64,000 bases of DNA from Phoronis australis (lineage: Eukaryota; Animalia; Phoronida). Position 1 is the first letter of the stretch, and each line of letters begins with the position of its first letter. The DNA lies in assembly GCA_002633005.1 (NCBI GenBank), contig NMRA01000291.1, positions 264,825-328,824 of the forward strand, in the 5' to 3' direction. The notes under the pieces are model-generated. The model worked only from the letters and a program-made list of their open reading frames with translations, had not been told where the DNA came from and made no database searches. Shown here piece by piece: positions 39,578 to 50,097 of the stretch. The position numbers and the translations under genes were made by a program.

Positions 39578-40776
39578 CTGTGGAGGAGAGTGTGGTGATA
39601 GAAATGAGAGCATTTAGCAAACGCTGCATTTATTTACAAGATTAGAAACCAACTTAGTTTCTGATTAAAGATGCCAGCTGCACACAACAACACAGAACAT
39701 ACGACACAACATCTGCAGTCACATAATCAAATTGAAAATTGATACTACGAAAATACAATCCCAACTTTCTAGATTGGGAAAGTCTCACTTATTTTTGAAC
39801 CGACGAGCAAATAATGGTGAATTTTGAAAAAAAATTCAACACGAGCTTTCCTTTTAGTTGATAAAATTTTACAATCGTTAGAAAGGAGCATTGCTTTTTC
39901 TAACCTGACTGTAAATAATAATGAAATGGGCCTTAAAAGTTTTCCTTGCCATAAAAAATGTCGAGTTCACTACTTGCTAAATCTTGAACAATCGAGTTTG
40001 TAATGGAAGTTATTTTCTATCAAGGCATAGATCTGTTTGAGATGTATCACTGTCTTATTATTAAGGGGACGAGGTTGATTATTTTCATTTTAGGAAGTAA
40101 GAAGAAAAATTAGTTATAAAAGAATTCCCACCATCAACCTGTGTCTCAAAAAGAATTTTATTAACACATCTTAAGAGATTTAATAGCCTTTAGTATACCT
40201 GTTGTAAAGAAATGAGCCAAAATTTAAAAAAATTATCTTATCGGTGTTCTATGTAATGGGTGGAAGACTGTCTGTGCTGTTGTGTTGTTTTTACCAGTGC
40301 GATTCTGAGGAGTTGTGAGGAAAGTCCGTGGAAAGCAGCCTTTTTCAAACATGAAAAAGTGCATTTGTGGGGCTGTAGTAACAGCAACTTGACTGAGAAT
40401 GTCTCTGTGTTCTAATTTCCTAAATATGTGAAAGTTGCACCGAAATGCCACAAAAGAGTGTAGAATGTCAGTGAGGAACATACAATTCTTCAAGTACTTG
40501 AGTACGATGCTCGTATCCTTTCTCTTCCCTGTCCGCATAATTGTCCAGTTCTCACTCAAAAACAAACAAAAAGCATTCATTCAAACACACAAAAAAGTCA
40601 TGCACACCTCAGGAAAGAACAGTCTTGTATTTTGTTTTAAGACACCTCGACCGTTCAATTCATGATATTTATACTCTTTGTTTTTTCTTGAGAAATTTAA
40701 AAAAAATACCCTCGTCAGCCATGTTGCAAGCTAAACAGACGAGAACAATTAGTGTGTTAATAAAAGAACTACTCAC

Positions 40777-40896
40777 GTGACCGATCTCTGTCTCTGCTTT
40801 CATCACGCCATTGCTCAGCGAGGGTGGGTATGAGGATGCCATTGCAGTCGAGGAAGGACATGTTGAGAATGGAACCCTTCAGGCGAAATATCGTAC
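40777..40896 (-). CDS. STXBP5: Tomosyn exon
   Basis: (G)TIFRLKGSILNMSFLDCNGILIPTLAEQWRDESRDRDRS. Confidence 0.92.
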
Positions 40897-41071
40897 CTGC
40901 AATGAAAGCATTCATTGATAATGCAAATAGTACTACAGCTAACGCGGTTTTACTGCTCCATGTTTTATGAACCCTGAGACTCAATAAGTTGAAAAAAGCT
41001 TGGGAATATACCTTTAAGGAACCCCATCATCATGCATCTTGTCGCTTAGAGAAATGGTGAAGATAACTTAC

Positions 41072-41194
41072 CACTTGGGGACACAATGACCGGCTGAGTG
41101 AGACGCTGTTCATTTGAGGGTGGCATGTTAAGCACTATGACCAAAACCGAGCCCAAGCTGGTACCCACCCACAGACATGGACATGTAAAGGAAT
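41072..41194 (-). CDS. STXBP5: Tomosyn exon
   Basis: SFTCPCLWVGTSLGSVLVIVLNMPPSNEQRLTQPVIVSPS. Confidence 0.92.
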
Positions 41195-42378
41195 CTGAAA
41201 GTACAGAAATTCGTTAAAAAAAATTATCAAGGGCACGCAAAAGAACCAAGGCTGCAAAAATTTTTTTGCTTCGTTCCAGTTTTAACAGTTTGGGCCTCAT
41301 ACGTGTGTAAAACTGTTCCGCTTTTCAAAAGTTCAGTAATAACCATAAGAATTACAGAGATGACTTTGTTTTTGAAAATGAGTATTGCAACAATGTCCTA
41401 AATGTCAGAATCGAAAAATAGATAATTCATTTTAGAGAAAATATTACAGAGGATAAAAGAACGAAGGACTGCCGTGAAGTCTACCCTTTACTACTTTCAT
41501 TTATACCACCTAAAATTCAAGATGGACGATCTGAGATTATATGATGACCCAGAATTGACAATTTCACAGTGGTACCGCAGCACCAAGCAATTTTAGGTAA
41601 TCATTTCAGCCCAAAGCAACACAAAAAATCCAGGATTAGTGTCGTGGCCAGGCACAATCATGGAAAGTATGTGAACAAAATATTTTAAAAACTAAAAAAA
41701 AAAAAAAAAAATTTGAGCTACTAAAACAACGTGCCCACAGTGTTGAAGATAAAAAAGAAATACAGGTAAAATTTCAAAGATTTCAGTGTTAATATATATT
41801 TTCCCTAATTAGTCAACTTAATAGGTAATTATCAATTAGCTCACATCTGCAGTTCACGAGACATTGGACAGATATGTTGGATAATTCAAACTAAGAATAA
41901 GTATTGACTCATCTGTCTTGAGGTCTACTGACTTGAGCCACAAACTGAAAGGTTGACCAGCAATATTCACGAACTCACAACTATTTGCACCAGCTCTGTT
42001 TACAAGAAATAGCATTTCATCGCGGAGTTTCCATGGAGAGCAATGAAAAAATCGGTTTATTCTTAGTGGCCTTCTAGAATAGAGGTCACGGGGTCAAAAT
42101 ACTCCAATACCGAGCTTGCCGTCTACCCATTTCGCCAAAAATCTATACCGTTCCACAACTTAAACTTGTTTACAAATGGCAATCAGCACATTATTTGCAT
42201 TCTGCCAAATGTCTGTTACAAGAGTTTACAACTCAGGTTGTTAAAAGGAATTGGCAATCTAGGAAAGTGTCCTTCCCGACTTTTCAAAAATTTACTTTTT
42301 AAATCATGCACCTCCTGATTTCTAAGTTCCACAACATAAACATCCTCAGCAGTCGCCATGGTAAGTATTTCTAGTTAC

Positions 42379-42498
42379 CTGTTTTCCTTGTGTAGGAGTC
42401 TGTAAACACCAAGCACTGTACACCCTCGTTACCCACGTTCTCAAGACTGTTCATACTGGTGCTACGCGACCGTGAGAAGGTGGCACCATCACACTTAT
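42379..42498 (-). CDS. STXBP5: Tomosyn exon
   Basis: KCDGATFSRSRSTSMNSLENVGNEGVQCLVFTDSYTRKT (conserved FSRSRS motif). Confidence 0.92.
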
Positions 42499-44470
42499 CT
42501 AGAAGTAGGCCAACCAATGACATACACATTGCACAAACTGGTCAACCCATAGTAAGCCCACAGGCAAACAGGTCAACCAATGGCAAACCCATAGACAAAT
42601 AGGTCAACCAATGGTATAATTTGCAAAAAGTAGGTCAAAGAGTGATCTTCACAAAAGGTCAACCAATGAACAGAAGGTTCATGAGTAACCACCTAGAGAA
42701 ACAAAAGAGATGCAAAGTTGACGTTTAGAAATATGAGAGCGTTAAGTGAGTGAGAAGTGTCTCACAAGCCATACTTTAATTGCGCCAAATATTTCATACA
42801 CAGAGAGAAATTATTTTCAGCTATAACAATAACTACATTTATTGTAAGTTTGAATAAGTCTACATTCAATTGCTGTGTCACTGTAAGTATGTGATCTATC
42901 AGGTGTACTTATATTTGACTCACAAGCCAATAACAACTGATTTCAAAAGTAATGAAGACGCCATTTTCAACATGTCAGTGATTAATAGCAACAGAAGAGC
43001 AATCTAGTTAACACACTCTGTATCAAAAGCAGACATTACAAAAAACAGTTAGTAAATGGACATTTTGCTCTCAGACAAAAAACAACATTCAACTTATAAT
43101 TCAAGGTAATTAAACAAAATTGGTCAGAGCATTCCACACACGACACTAGACAAGTAGACACTATCTTGCTAAAATCCTGGTAAAAACATCATAAAAGTGC
43201 TGATGAACACTGTTTCCAAGTTCCGACTTCACCATTTTGCACAAGACCACAGCTGGATGCACACTAGCATGTATTTCAAATGTTTTAGCTTAAATGCATA
43301 AAAATACATTCACACCACATGATGAGGTTAATACTGCCTAATGTTTCAGCAGCTGCCAGATGCCCATTGTTCATGAAATATTATTAGATGTGTGCAGTTG
43401 CACAATACACCATGAGCGCTCCGTTTCAGTGGAAAACAGTAGTGTTTTGTGTGTGACGTGTTATAATGTGCCATCTTGAAAAGGCTTGGCATTCACACGA
43501 CCGATTTAAAACGTTTTAACTTGGAAACGCTCCAGTGAAAATGTTTTAAAATGCTTGTGTGAATTGAGCTAAAATGTCTTGAGATAGATCATGCGATTTA
43601 GAGATTCACAAAGCAATATCTAAAATCACTTCCTCTCCAATGTCGTGCTGTGAGCATTGAAATATGAACACAAAAATCAACACCATGGCATAACAGTGTG
43701 TTCAGTCTTATACTTTCAACAGGATTCCGATGACATAATGGCTTTAGCAGACCACACAAAAGGCTGCATGACGAGGGTGGGGGAGAGGCTAGACAGGGGA
43801 GAGAACTTATTACTAGGGGAAATCACAATCAAAGCGAAACACATAAGAAAAAATAATAATAAGTCCAACAAACAGCCAAAACAAAACCAACCTGCAAAAA
43901 ATAAAGACAACACACTATTTAAACATTGTGAAGATTAAAATTAAAAGAGGAAGTCACAAAAATAGACGACACTGAAATGCTAACTTTTTTTTACAAAAAA
44001 TAAACAAAATATTTCTCTCAAGTAAAATCTTGTGTACATGAAGTAAAATAATCAGTAATAAAGACAATTCAAATTTCAGAGTTTTTCAGAAAAAAATACC
44101 AGAGTTAAGAAAAGGAATGGTATCAAACAAGCGCAACAACTTTATTTAAGGATTTTCAAATTCACAACACATGAACATAACCAAGACGCAGAAACGCGAA
44201 TGGGCACATCTGACAGAATGTCAACCAACACAAACAGCAAACAAAACCAAATATTAAATTTCAAAACATTTACAGTAAAAACTTCTCAATATTCGACACA
44301 GGAAATAAATTCAATAAGGCAGGAGTACATGGTCATATTTTTGAAACAAAAGAGGCAAAAGTGGTCAGTAAGAAAGTAATGCAAACGAAGAGCATTTTCA
44401 TACAGTAAATACATAGACGCTGAGGTTGGCCAGTAATGAAATGTATCAAATAAACCCAGTAAAATCAGGA

Positions 44471-44542
44471 ACCCCAACTGGGAATTGAACCACACGTCTC
44501 TAGATTGCCAGTCTAGTGCTCTTACTACTGAGCTACTGAGGA
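44471..44542 (-). pseudogene. tRNA-like sequence (anticodon GGC), inverted copy
   Basis: TAGCTCAGTAG, ctaga-CTGGCAA-tctag, GGTTCAATTCC, followed by T4. Confidence 0.6.
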
Positions 44543-44688
44543 CTTGATATTGTGCAATTACTGTTTACAGCCAACTGTTATGTCATACATCCCATGAGCT
44601 GCATTACGCCTTTTTCACACCAGTAAAGCCGCTCATGGGATGTATGACATAACACTTGACTGTAAACAGTAATTGCACCGACATGGAG

Positions 44689-44760
44689 TCCTCAGTAGCT
44701 CAGTGGTAAGAGCACTAGACTGGCAATTTAGAGACCTGTGGTTCGATTCCCAGTTGGGAT
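44689..44760 (+). pseudogene. tRNA-like sequence (anticodon GGC), tRNA-derived repeat or pseudogene
   Basis: A box TAGCTCAGTGG, D arm, anticodon arm ctaga-CTGGCAA-tttag, B box GGTTCGATTCC, imperfect acceptor stem, T5 run at 44767-44771. Confidence 0.65.
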
Positions 44761-46332
44761 TCTTGATTTTTCTGTGTTTATTTGATAAAAAATTTTCATA
44801 ATAACCGACTTTTTATGAAATCCAAAAGAGCGAAATTTTTCGTTTCTTAGACTCAGTCATTACATTGAATGAGACCTATATTGAGGAATTTGTACTACAC
44901 TTGAGTGTACTTGATTGACAGCCGATATCCTCAAAACATACACATCGAACTGCCAAACTCCCTCCTACAGCCAACTGCATCTCTTGACATAAACGTTCAA
45001 TGGCAAAAAAGCTTAACAATTACAGATTAGTATAGCATTTTAGAACTATGAACAGGATAAAAGTGTGTAGCGAACACATAGAAAGCCAAGCCATTAACAC
45101 GTATGTCGACAGGTCACCTGACTTAGCCAGCCAGCAAAGATATTTTGTCCTACATCTAGTGTAATGACTCACAAACCAATCAAATGTCTCTGCTAATTGA
45201 CCCGGGAGTGTGACTCAAGTACACCCATTTAACAATAACAAAACAAGGGTGAGCTCAGTAATGCTTGTTAATTGTGAGCGAAAGCTAGTGAGTGTTACAC
45301 TTGCAATAGTCTACATGATGTGATAACTGGTAGGACACAAGCCTGACTGAATGCACCCCAGTTTTAGTTAGCGCCATCTGGAGGACAGCACAACACAACA
45401 CAACACAACTTTGTGTCTGGAATAGCATGCATGCTGAAAAACCATTGAACATATAAGTTGAATTCAAAGAGAAGCAAGCACATTAAAATGAGAAGTTGCA
45501 TTTCCAAACACTGGTCTCTAAGCTAACAATTAGTCGTAGCTACTCCTGAAAACACAAAACAACACCCGGCACAGTCCCCAACCTGGAATCACGCCAGCAT
45601 TAGAAGATTACATGCTCACAAAATACAGAAACAACGTAACGCAACAGTTAGCCTTACAAAATGGGAACTAGCTAAATGTGGAGGTATGACAGGCCTGTTC
45701 AGGTCAGGTGCACCAATCAAGTGACCCTGTAGCTTGACTGGGATAACGCATGGTGCAAATGGCTGACGGCAAGCTTGCTAAACTGGAAAAAATCATGGGA
45801 AATCACGTGCGACAGATGGATGAATATCAGTGCTGTTAGCCGTCATTGACTGAACCATTCCAAAAACTCATGCGGATAAAATGTCCGTGATATGGAGAAT
45901 GAATGGCATGGTCCAGACAAAATGATAGGTAGGTCATCGGATCTCAACGAATGAGACATTTTCAGAAGAACGTGCCATCAATATACATGGAAAGTGACGT
46001 GGAGAGACATAGCAGCAATAATTAGCCAACGACCCACAAAGTAAACTACACAATATTCAGCGGAAACATGCTTGGCGACGTCCAGAGCCAAAACTATAGG
46101 GGGACCTCTGGAGGGTGAATGAGGAACTACAGAAAAATAGACGAAGCCGAATATATTCGGCGAGTTGGTGACATGTCTATGGTAACATGCTATGCGATTA
46201 GTGCACAACTGTCACAAGGTGGCAACACCGTTAGTTGTCTAGACACTGAGTGCCAGCCTATAAGACCAGGCAAAGGTTGTTCAGGTAGGAACCCTGAGTG
46301 ATCAGGCGGTTACGTCTAAGTCTAACCCATAC

Positions 46333-46353
46333 CGGTACCTGTCCAGCGCCTAA
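46333..46353 (-). CDS. STXBP5: Candidate tomosyn microexon (21 nt, or 15 nt with the inner donor)
   Basis: Long pyrimidine tract plus ctag acceptor; TT AGG CGC TGG ACA G|gtaccg or ...GGT ACC G|gtatgg, both phase 1-1. Confidence 0.5.
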
Positions 46354-46937
46354 CTAGATTGAAGGAAGATGGAGAGAGAGAGAGAGAGAGAGTAAGAAAA
46401 GTAGACAGACAGAGAAAGCGACCAAGAAATGGCAGCGAGGTCGTGGATACTATTTATCACAATCATGTGCAATACCAGCAGCAGGAGACTCAAGAAAAAA
46501 TTATATTGCTACGGTAACTTCATTTAACTTCCGTTGAAACTATCAAAAAGAACTCCAGCAAGATGATTCTGGTAATTGGAATTTTTTACCATTTCATAAA
46601 TTAACTCATTATCAACCACTTGTTCACTCTAACCACATTCACTTATTTTGTTCACTTGGCACCAACTACAACCTTATGATAAATAACTCTAATTACAGGA
46701 AAACCAAAGAGACCACAACACACAAACAGTCAGACATGAACTTAAAAGACAAAAGCACATTAGGGATTATTTAAGCGCCAATTGTCGGCACTCCAACACA
46801 AGGGAAGAACACAAAGAGGGCAGTAGCAGCAACAGTAGCTGTGAGGTACTAAAACAGCTCGGCGCCAGGGATTCTTGAAAGCTTGGCTATGCTCTAGATG
46901 CCCCCGTCCAGCAACAATGCATACTACACACTCAGAC

Positions 46938-47246
46938 CTTCCGAGACCAAGATGTCGTCACGACTGAGGGAGTACGCCAACTTTTCCGGTCGCGGTCGTC
47001 GTCGACCTCCATTAGAAGACTCGCTGTCGGACCGTGCACGAGTGGTATCGCTGACAACGTTGGAGAATTTGGGCATCGGCGGACGCGAGGGGCGTAGTGG
47101 TTTTTGTCTGGTGTCGTGCGACAAGAGTTTAGGTTTTGGAAATGCCTCGACCGACCAAGACCTGTTGCCCTTGGCATCGCGGTCGTTGGAGACTTGGTAG
47201 TGCTTGGCGAACATTTTGGAAACGTTGCCGAACATATCAGAGTTGT
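46938..47246 (-). CDS. STXBP5: Candidate tomosyn alternative exon (309 nt)
   Basis: Acceptor ttttgtag; open GC-richer frame NSDMFGNVSKMFAKHY...RDDILVSE; donor AAG|gtctga gives phase 1-1, otherwise the frame reads to a stop at 46924. Confidence 0.6.
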
Positions 47247-47463
47247 CTACAAAATGAAATGAACAACGAAAGGTGTGCTCGGTTAAACTTTAGGTGGCGC
47301 GAAAGTTTACGTAGAGATTGCAGCAAATTGTTATAGCAGTGATGAAATAGGGAGGGAATTCACACAATGAAAACTAGAGAAAATCTCACAAATCAAATGA
47401 TTAGAAAAGACAAAAATAATTCTTCCATAAAATAAACATGTGTTAAGAACCCAACAGTAAAAC

Positions 47464-47907
47464 GTTTCAAATGACGAAGAATTTTTGTTTCAAATGACGA
47501 AGAATTTCTGTTTCAAATGACGAAGAATTTTTGTTTCAAATGACGAAGAATTTTTGTTTCAAATGACGAAGAATTTCTGTTTCAAATGACGAAGCATTTC
47601 TGTTTCAAATGACGAAGAATTTTTGTTTCAAATGACGAAGCATTTCTGTTTCAAATGACGAAGAATTTCTGTTTCAAATGACGAAGAATTTCTGTTTCAA
47701 ATGACGAAGCATTTCTGTTTCAAATGACGAAGCATTTCTGTTTCAAATGACGAAGCATTTCTGTTTCAAATGACGAAGAATTTTTGTTTCAAATGACGAA
47801 GCATTTCTGTTTCAAATGACGAAGCATTTCTGTTTCAAATGACGAAGCATTTCTGTTTGAAATGACGAAGCATTTCTGTTTCAAAGGCCAAACATTTCTG
47901 TTTCAAA
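47464..47907. repeat. 23-bp minisatellite, about 19 copies
   Basis: gtttcaaatgacgaag(a/c)attt(t/c)t head-to-tail with no spacers. Confidence 0.95.
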
Positions 47908-48695
47908 CACCTACAGATTTTGATTTTAGCGCTTTGTGCACAAGTCAATGTGCTCAGTTCTCGCTAAATTGATAAAACCAAACCAATGGGCAATGCAATT
48001 AATGTTTTAACAATTAATTCTTATTAAGTCCTACAAAAATACAAACCCATCAATCATTAAGCCAGGTACAGTAAATACTTGTGTGTGTGCTCATGTAATG
48101 TTTGTCAACTTCACCAGCTCCTGTAACTGACTAATTTCAATTTGAAACCCAGATGAAAGTCTACAGCAAACCTCTGCAAAAACAGCGTACCTCTAACTCT
48201 CTCTTCAAAGTGGGGCAGAAGAAAATTTAAGAGAAAGAAAACTGAAAATGAGGAATGACAAGGGAAGGCTCAATCCTTAGCAACTACACAACCATGCCAG
48301 GAAACTTGATAGAAATAAACTGAAAACCACACCAATTCTACTCATGACATTTTAATGATGTCCCACTGGTGATATATGGTCCCACAACCTTTACCAACAG
48401 ATCGCATGCATCTGAATAAAAGACGCCAAAACCAGCAAAAAACCGTAGGCAATCTCTGCGCAAACCAGGCAAAAAATAAGAGTCTACGACGGCGCACTAG
48501 ACCATAGTAGCTAACCTTGAATAACATCATGGTGACCTCACTTGAGGCACATGTGGACTAAACTAAAGAATTGAAATAGGGTACGGGCACTGGGTGGGGC
48601 ACGACAGCCAGAAAAATGTAAAAAGCATAGGCCACCTCCTGATAGATAGTCCTCCATCGAAGCAAGGCTTTGTGCTTTCTGAATTTTGCGGATAC

Positions 48696-48783
48696 CTTGC
48701 GACTTAGTCCGCTTTAGCTCTGGCGGCTGCGACTTCTTGATTTGTTTGCTGTTGCTGGTCGGACTCACACAGACACCGTTCAC
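48696..48783 (-). CDS. STXBP5: Tomosyn alternative exon B (phase 0-1; alternative donor extends to 48636)
   Basis: VNGVCVSPTSNSKQIKKSQPPELKRTKSQ; perfect TACTAAC branch point at 48829-48835; donor AAG|gtatcc; restores frame between the 54482 and 42498 exons. Confidence 0.8.
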
Positions 48784-49106
48784 CTAAAATTCACAGAATA
48801 ATTAAGAGCAGGTTAGCATAATATGTGAGTTAGTAGCAGCCTACTCTAAGACCTCTACAACTAATGACAGCATTGCGGTTAGCTGCATCTAGTCTGGAAC
48901 ACAGCAGCAACAGCAGCAGAAACAGCAGCAGCAGCAGAGACACCTGTAGGTGCAATGATAACCTGAAAGAGAGAGTAGTGGTAGTGCACGAGTTAGAAGA
49001 GAGGAGACACAAGCCATGCACACCACAGACATGCCCGAGTGCAGCGAGAGTGAGGTGGCCACTTCAGTATCAGCAGTGGTAGTAAGAGTAGCAGTGACCA
49101 ACATAC

Positions 49107-50097
49107 CATAACCCAATCTCGCTTGCTCCACTGTACACTGGGCCCACTGGGGTCGCCGGTCATCGGCGTCCCGCATATCAAGAACGTCGACGAGAAATTC
49201 CTTCCTTCCGTTGGTGCGCTTCTGCTTGCTGGATCTTGACTGTTGGTCAGATGGTGCTGGTGCCATAATGCGCTCCAGTTTCCCAGAGTTCGACCGGCAG
49301 TAGGGTTGGGCTGTCTGGTCAACAGTTGGTGACACCAAGCCATCCTTGTCTGAATTCCCCCATTTCTGCATCTTAGTTAGTTTTTGCTTAATTTTCGTAC
49401 TCATTTTGCGAAATCCCGCATACTTCCTCCCCTTCTTGTGATTGCTAGACACCTCTTGCTGTTCACCATTGACCTCAGCCTCGTCATATTCTTCACTTGG
49501 AGGGCTCGGCACTGGAGAGCTTCGGTCGCGCCTGGGAGATTTGGGGCTGTCCCCTGGACTACTTGGGTTGCTGGATGCGCCGAGGCCTGTATCTCCTATG
49601 GCCCCATTAGAGCGCCTCTGCATCCCGGGACTGCTGCGCGGACTTGGTCGTGGACTAGTTCTAGGTGAACCAGAGCAAGGGATGGATGGGCATGATTTGT
49701 TATTCTCACTAACACTTGTTTGCTCCTCAATGTCATGACTACTACTACTGCTTGGTAGTCTCAGTTTTTTCTTCTTGTCGTGTATTGGAGCCGAGCGGGA
49801 ACGACTCACGTGCTGGTGGTGGCGCGATGACTTCTGTGTGGTCACGGTCACCACAACCTCGTCATAAGTACAGGTGTGTGACTCGTGTGTTTTCATTTCC
49901 TGCTCGTAAGCTTCAAACGCCTCGTCAATCACATCAGCCTCCTCCTGATCCTCCAAACAATCCTCATTCTCATCTTCAATCTCATCAATCCGTTTTTCTA
50001 TGTCGGGAATGTCCATGCTGGGCGGCTGAACGTTCAGCAGAGGCATGGACTTGGGACGGTTTTTGCCGAGCGTCGGCCGAACCGCCGGCTTGTGGGT
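49107..50097 (-). CDS. STXBP5: Tomosyn large alternative exon A (991 nt, phase 0-1)
   Basis: Acceptor ttctattgtag|ACC in frame with the 385-aa ORF; acidic and Ser/Pro-rich low-complexity product; donor TAT G|gtatgt. Confidence 0.7.

Larger units (their letters stand above)
44444..44787. mobile_element. 344-bp foldback element with a tRNA-like unit in each arm
   Basis: Arms of about 155 bp around a spacer of about 31 bp; tRNA-like segments at 44471-44542 (-) and 44689-44760 (+). Confidence 0.8.

Noticed and set aside
43714-43763. Possible 50-nt tomosyn exon (pyrimidine tract, cag acceptor, gtataa donor)
   Set aside because: Not frame-preserving, has a stop in the required phase and a weak donor; at most a poison exon, with no further support.
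44689-44760. Functional tRNA-Ala(GGC) gene
   Set aside because: Mismatched acceptor and T stems, an anticodon atypical for eukaryotes, and location inside a palindrome.
47464-47907. CRISPR-like array (GTTTCAA-starting repeat)
   Set aside because: Units are contiguous with no unique spacers, there are no cas genes, and the context is a eukaryotic intron.
49904-49990. FFAT-like motif (acidic tract plus EAFEAYE) in exon A
   Set aside because: It lacks the critical aromatic residue at position 2.
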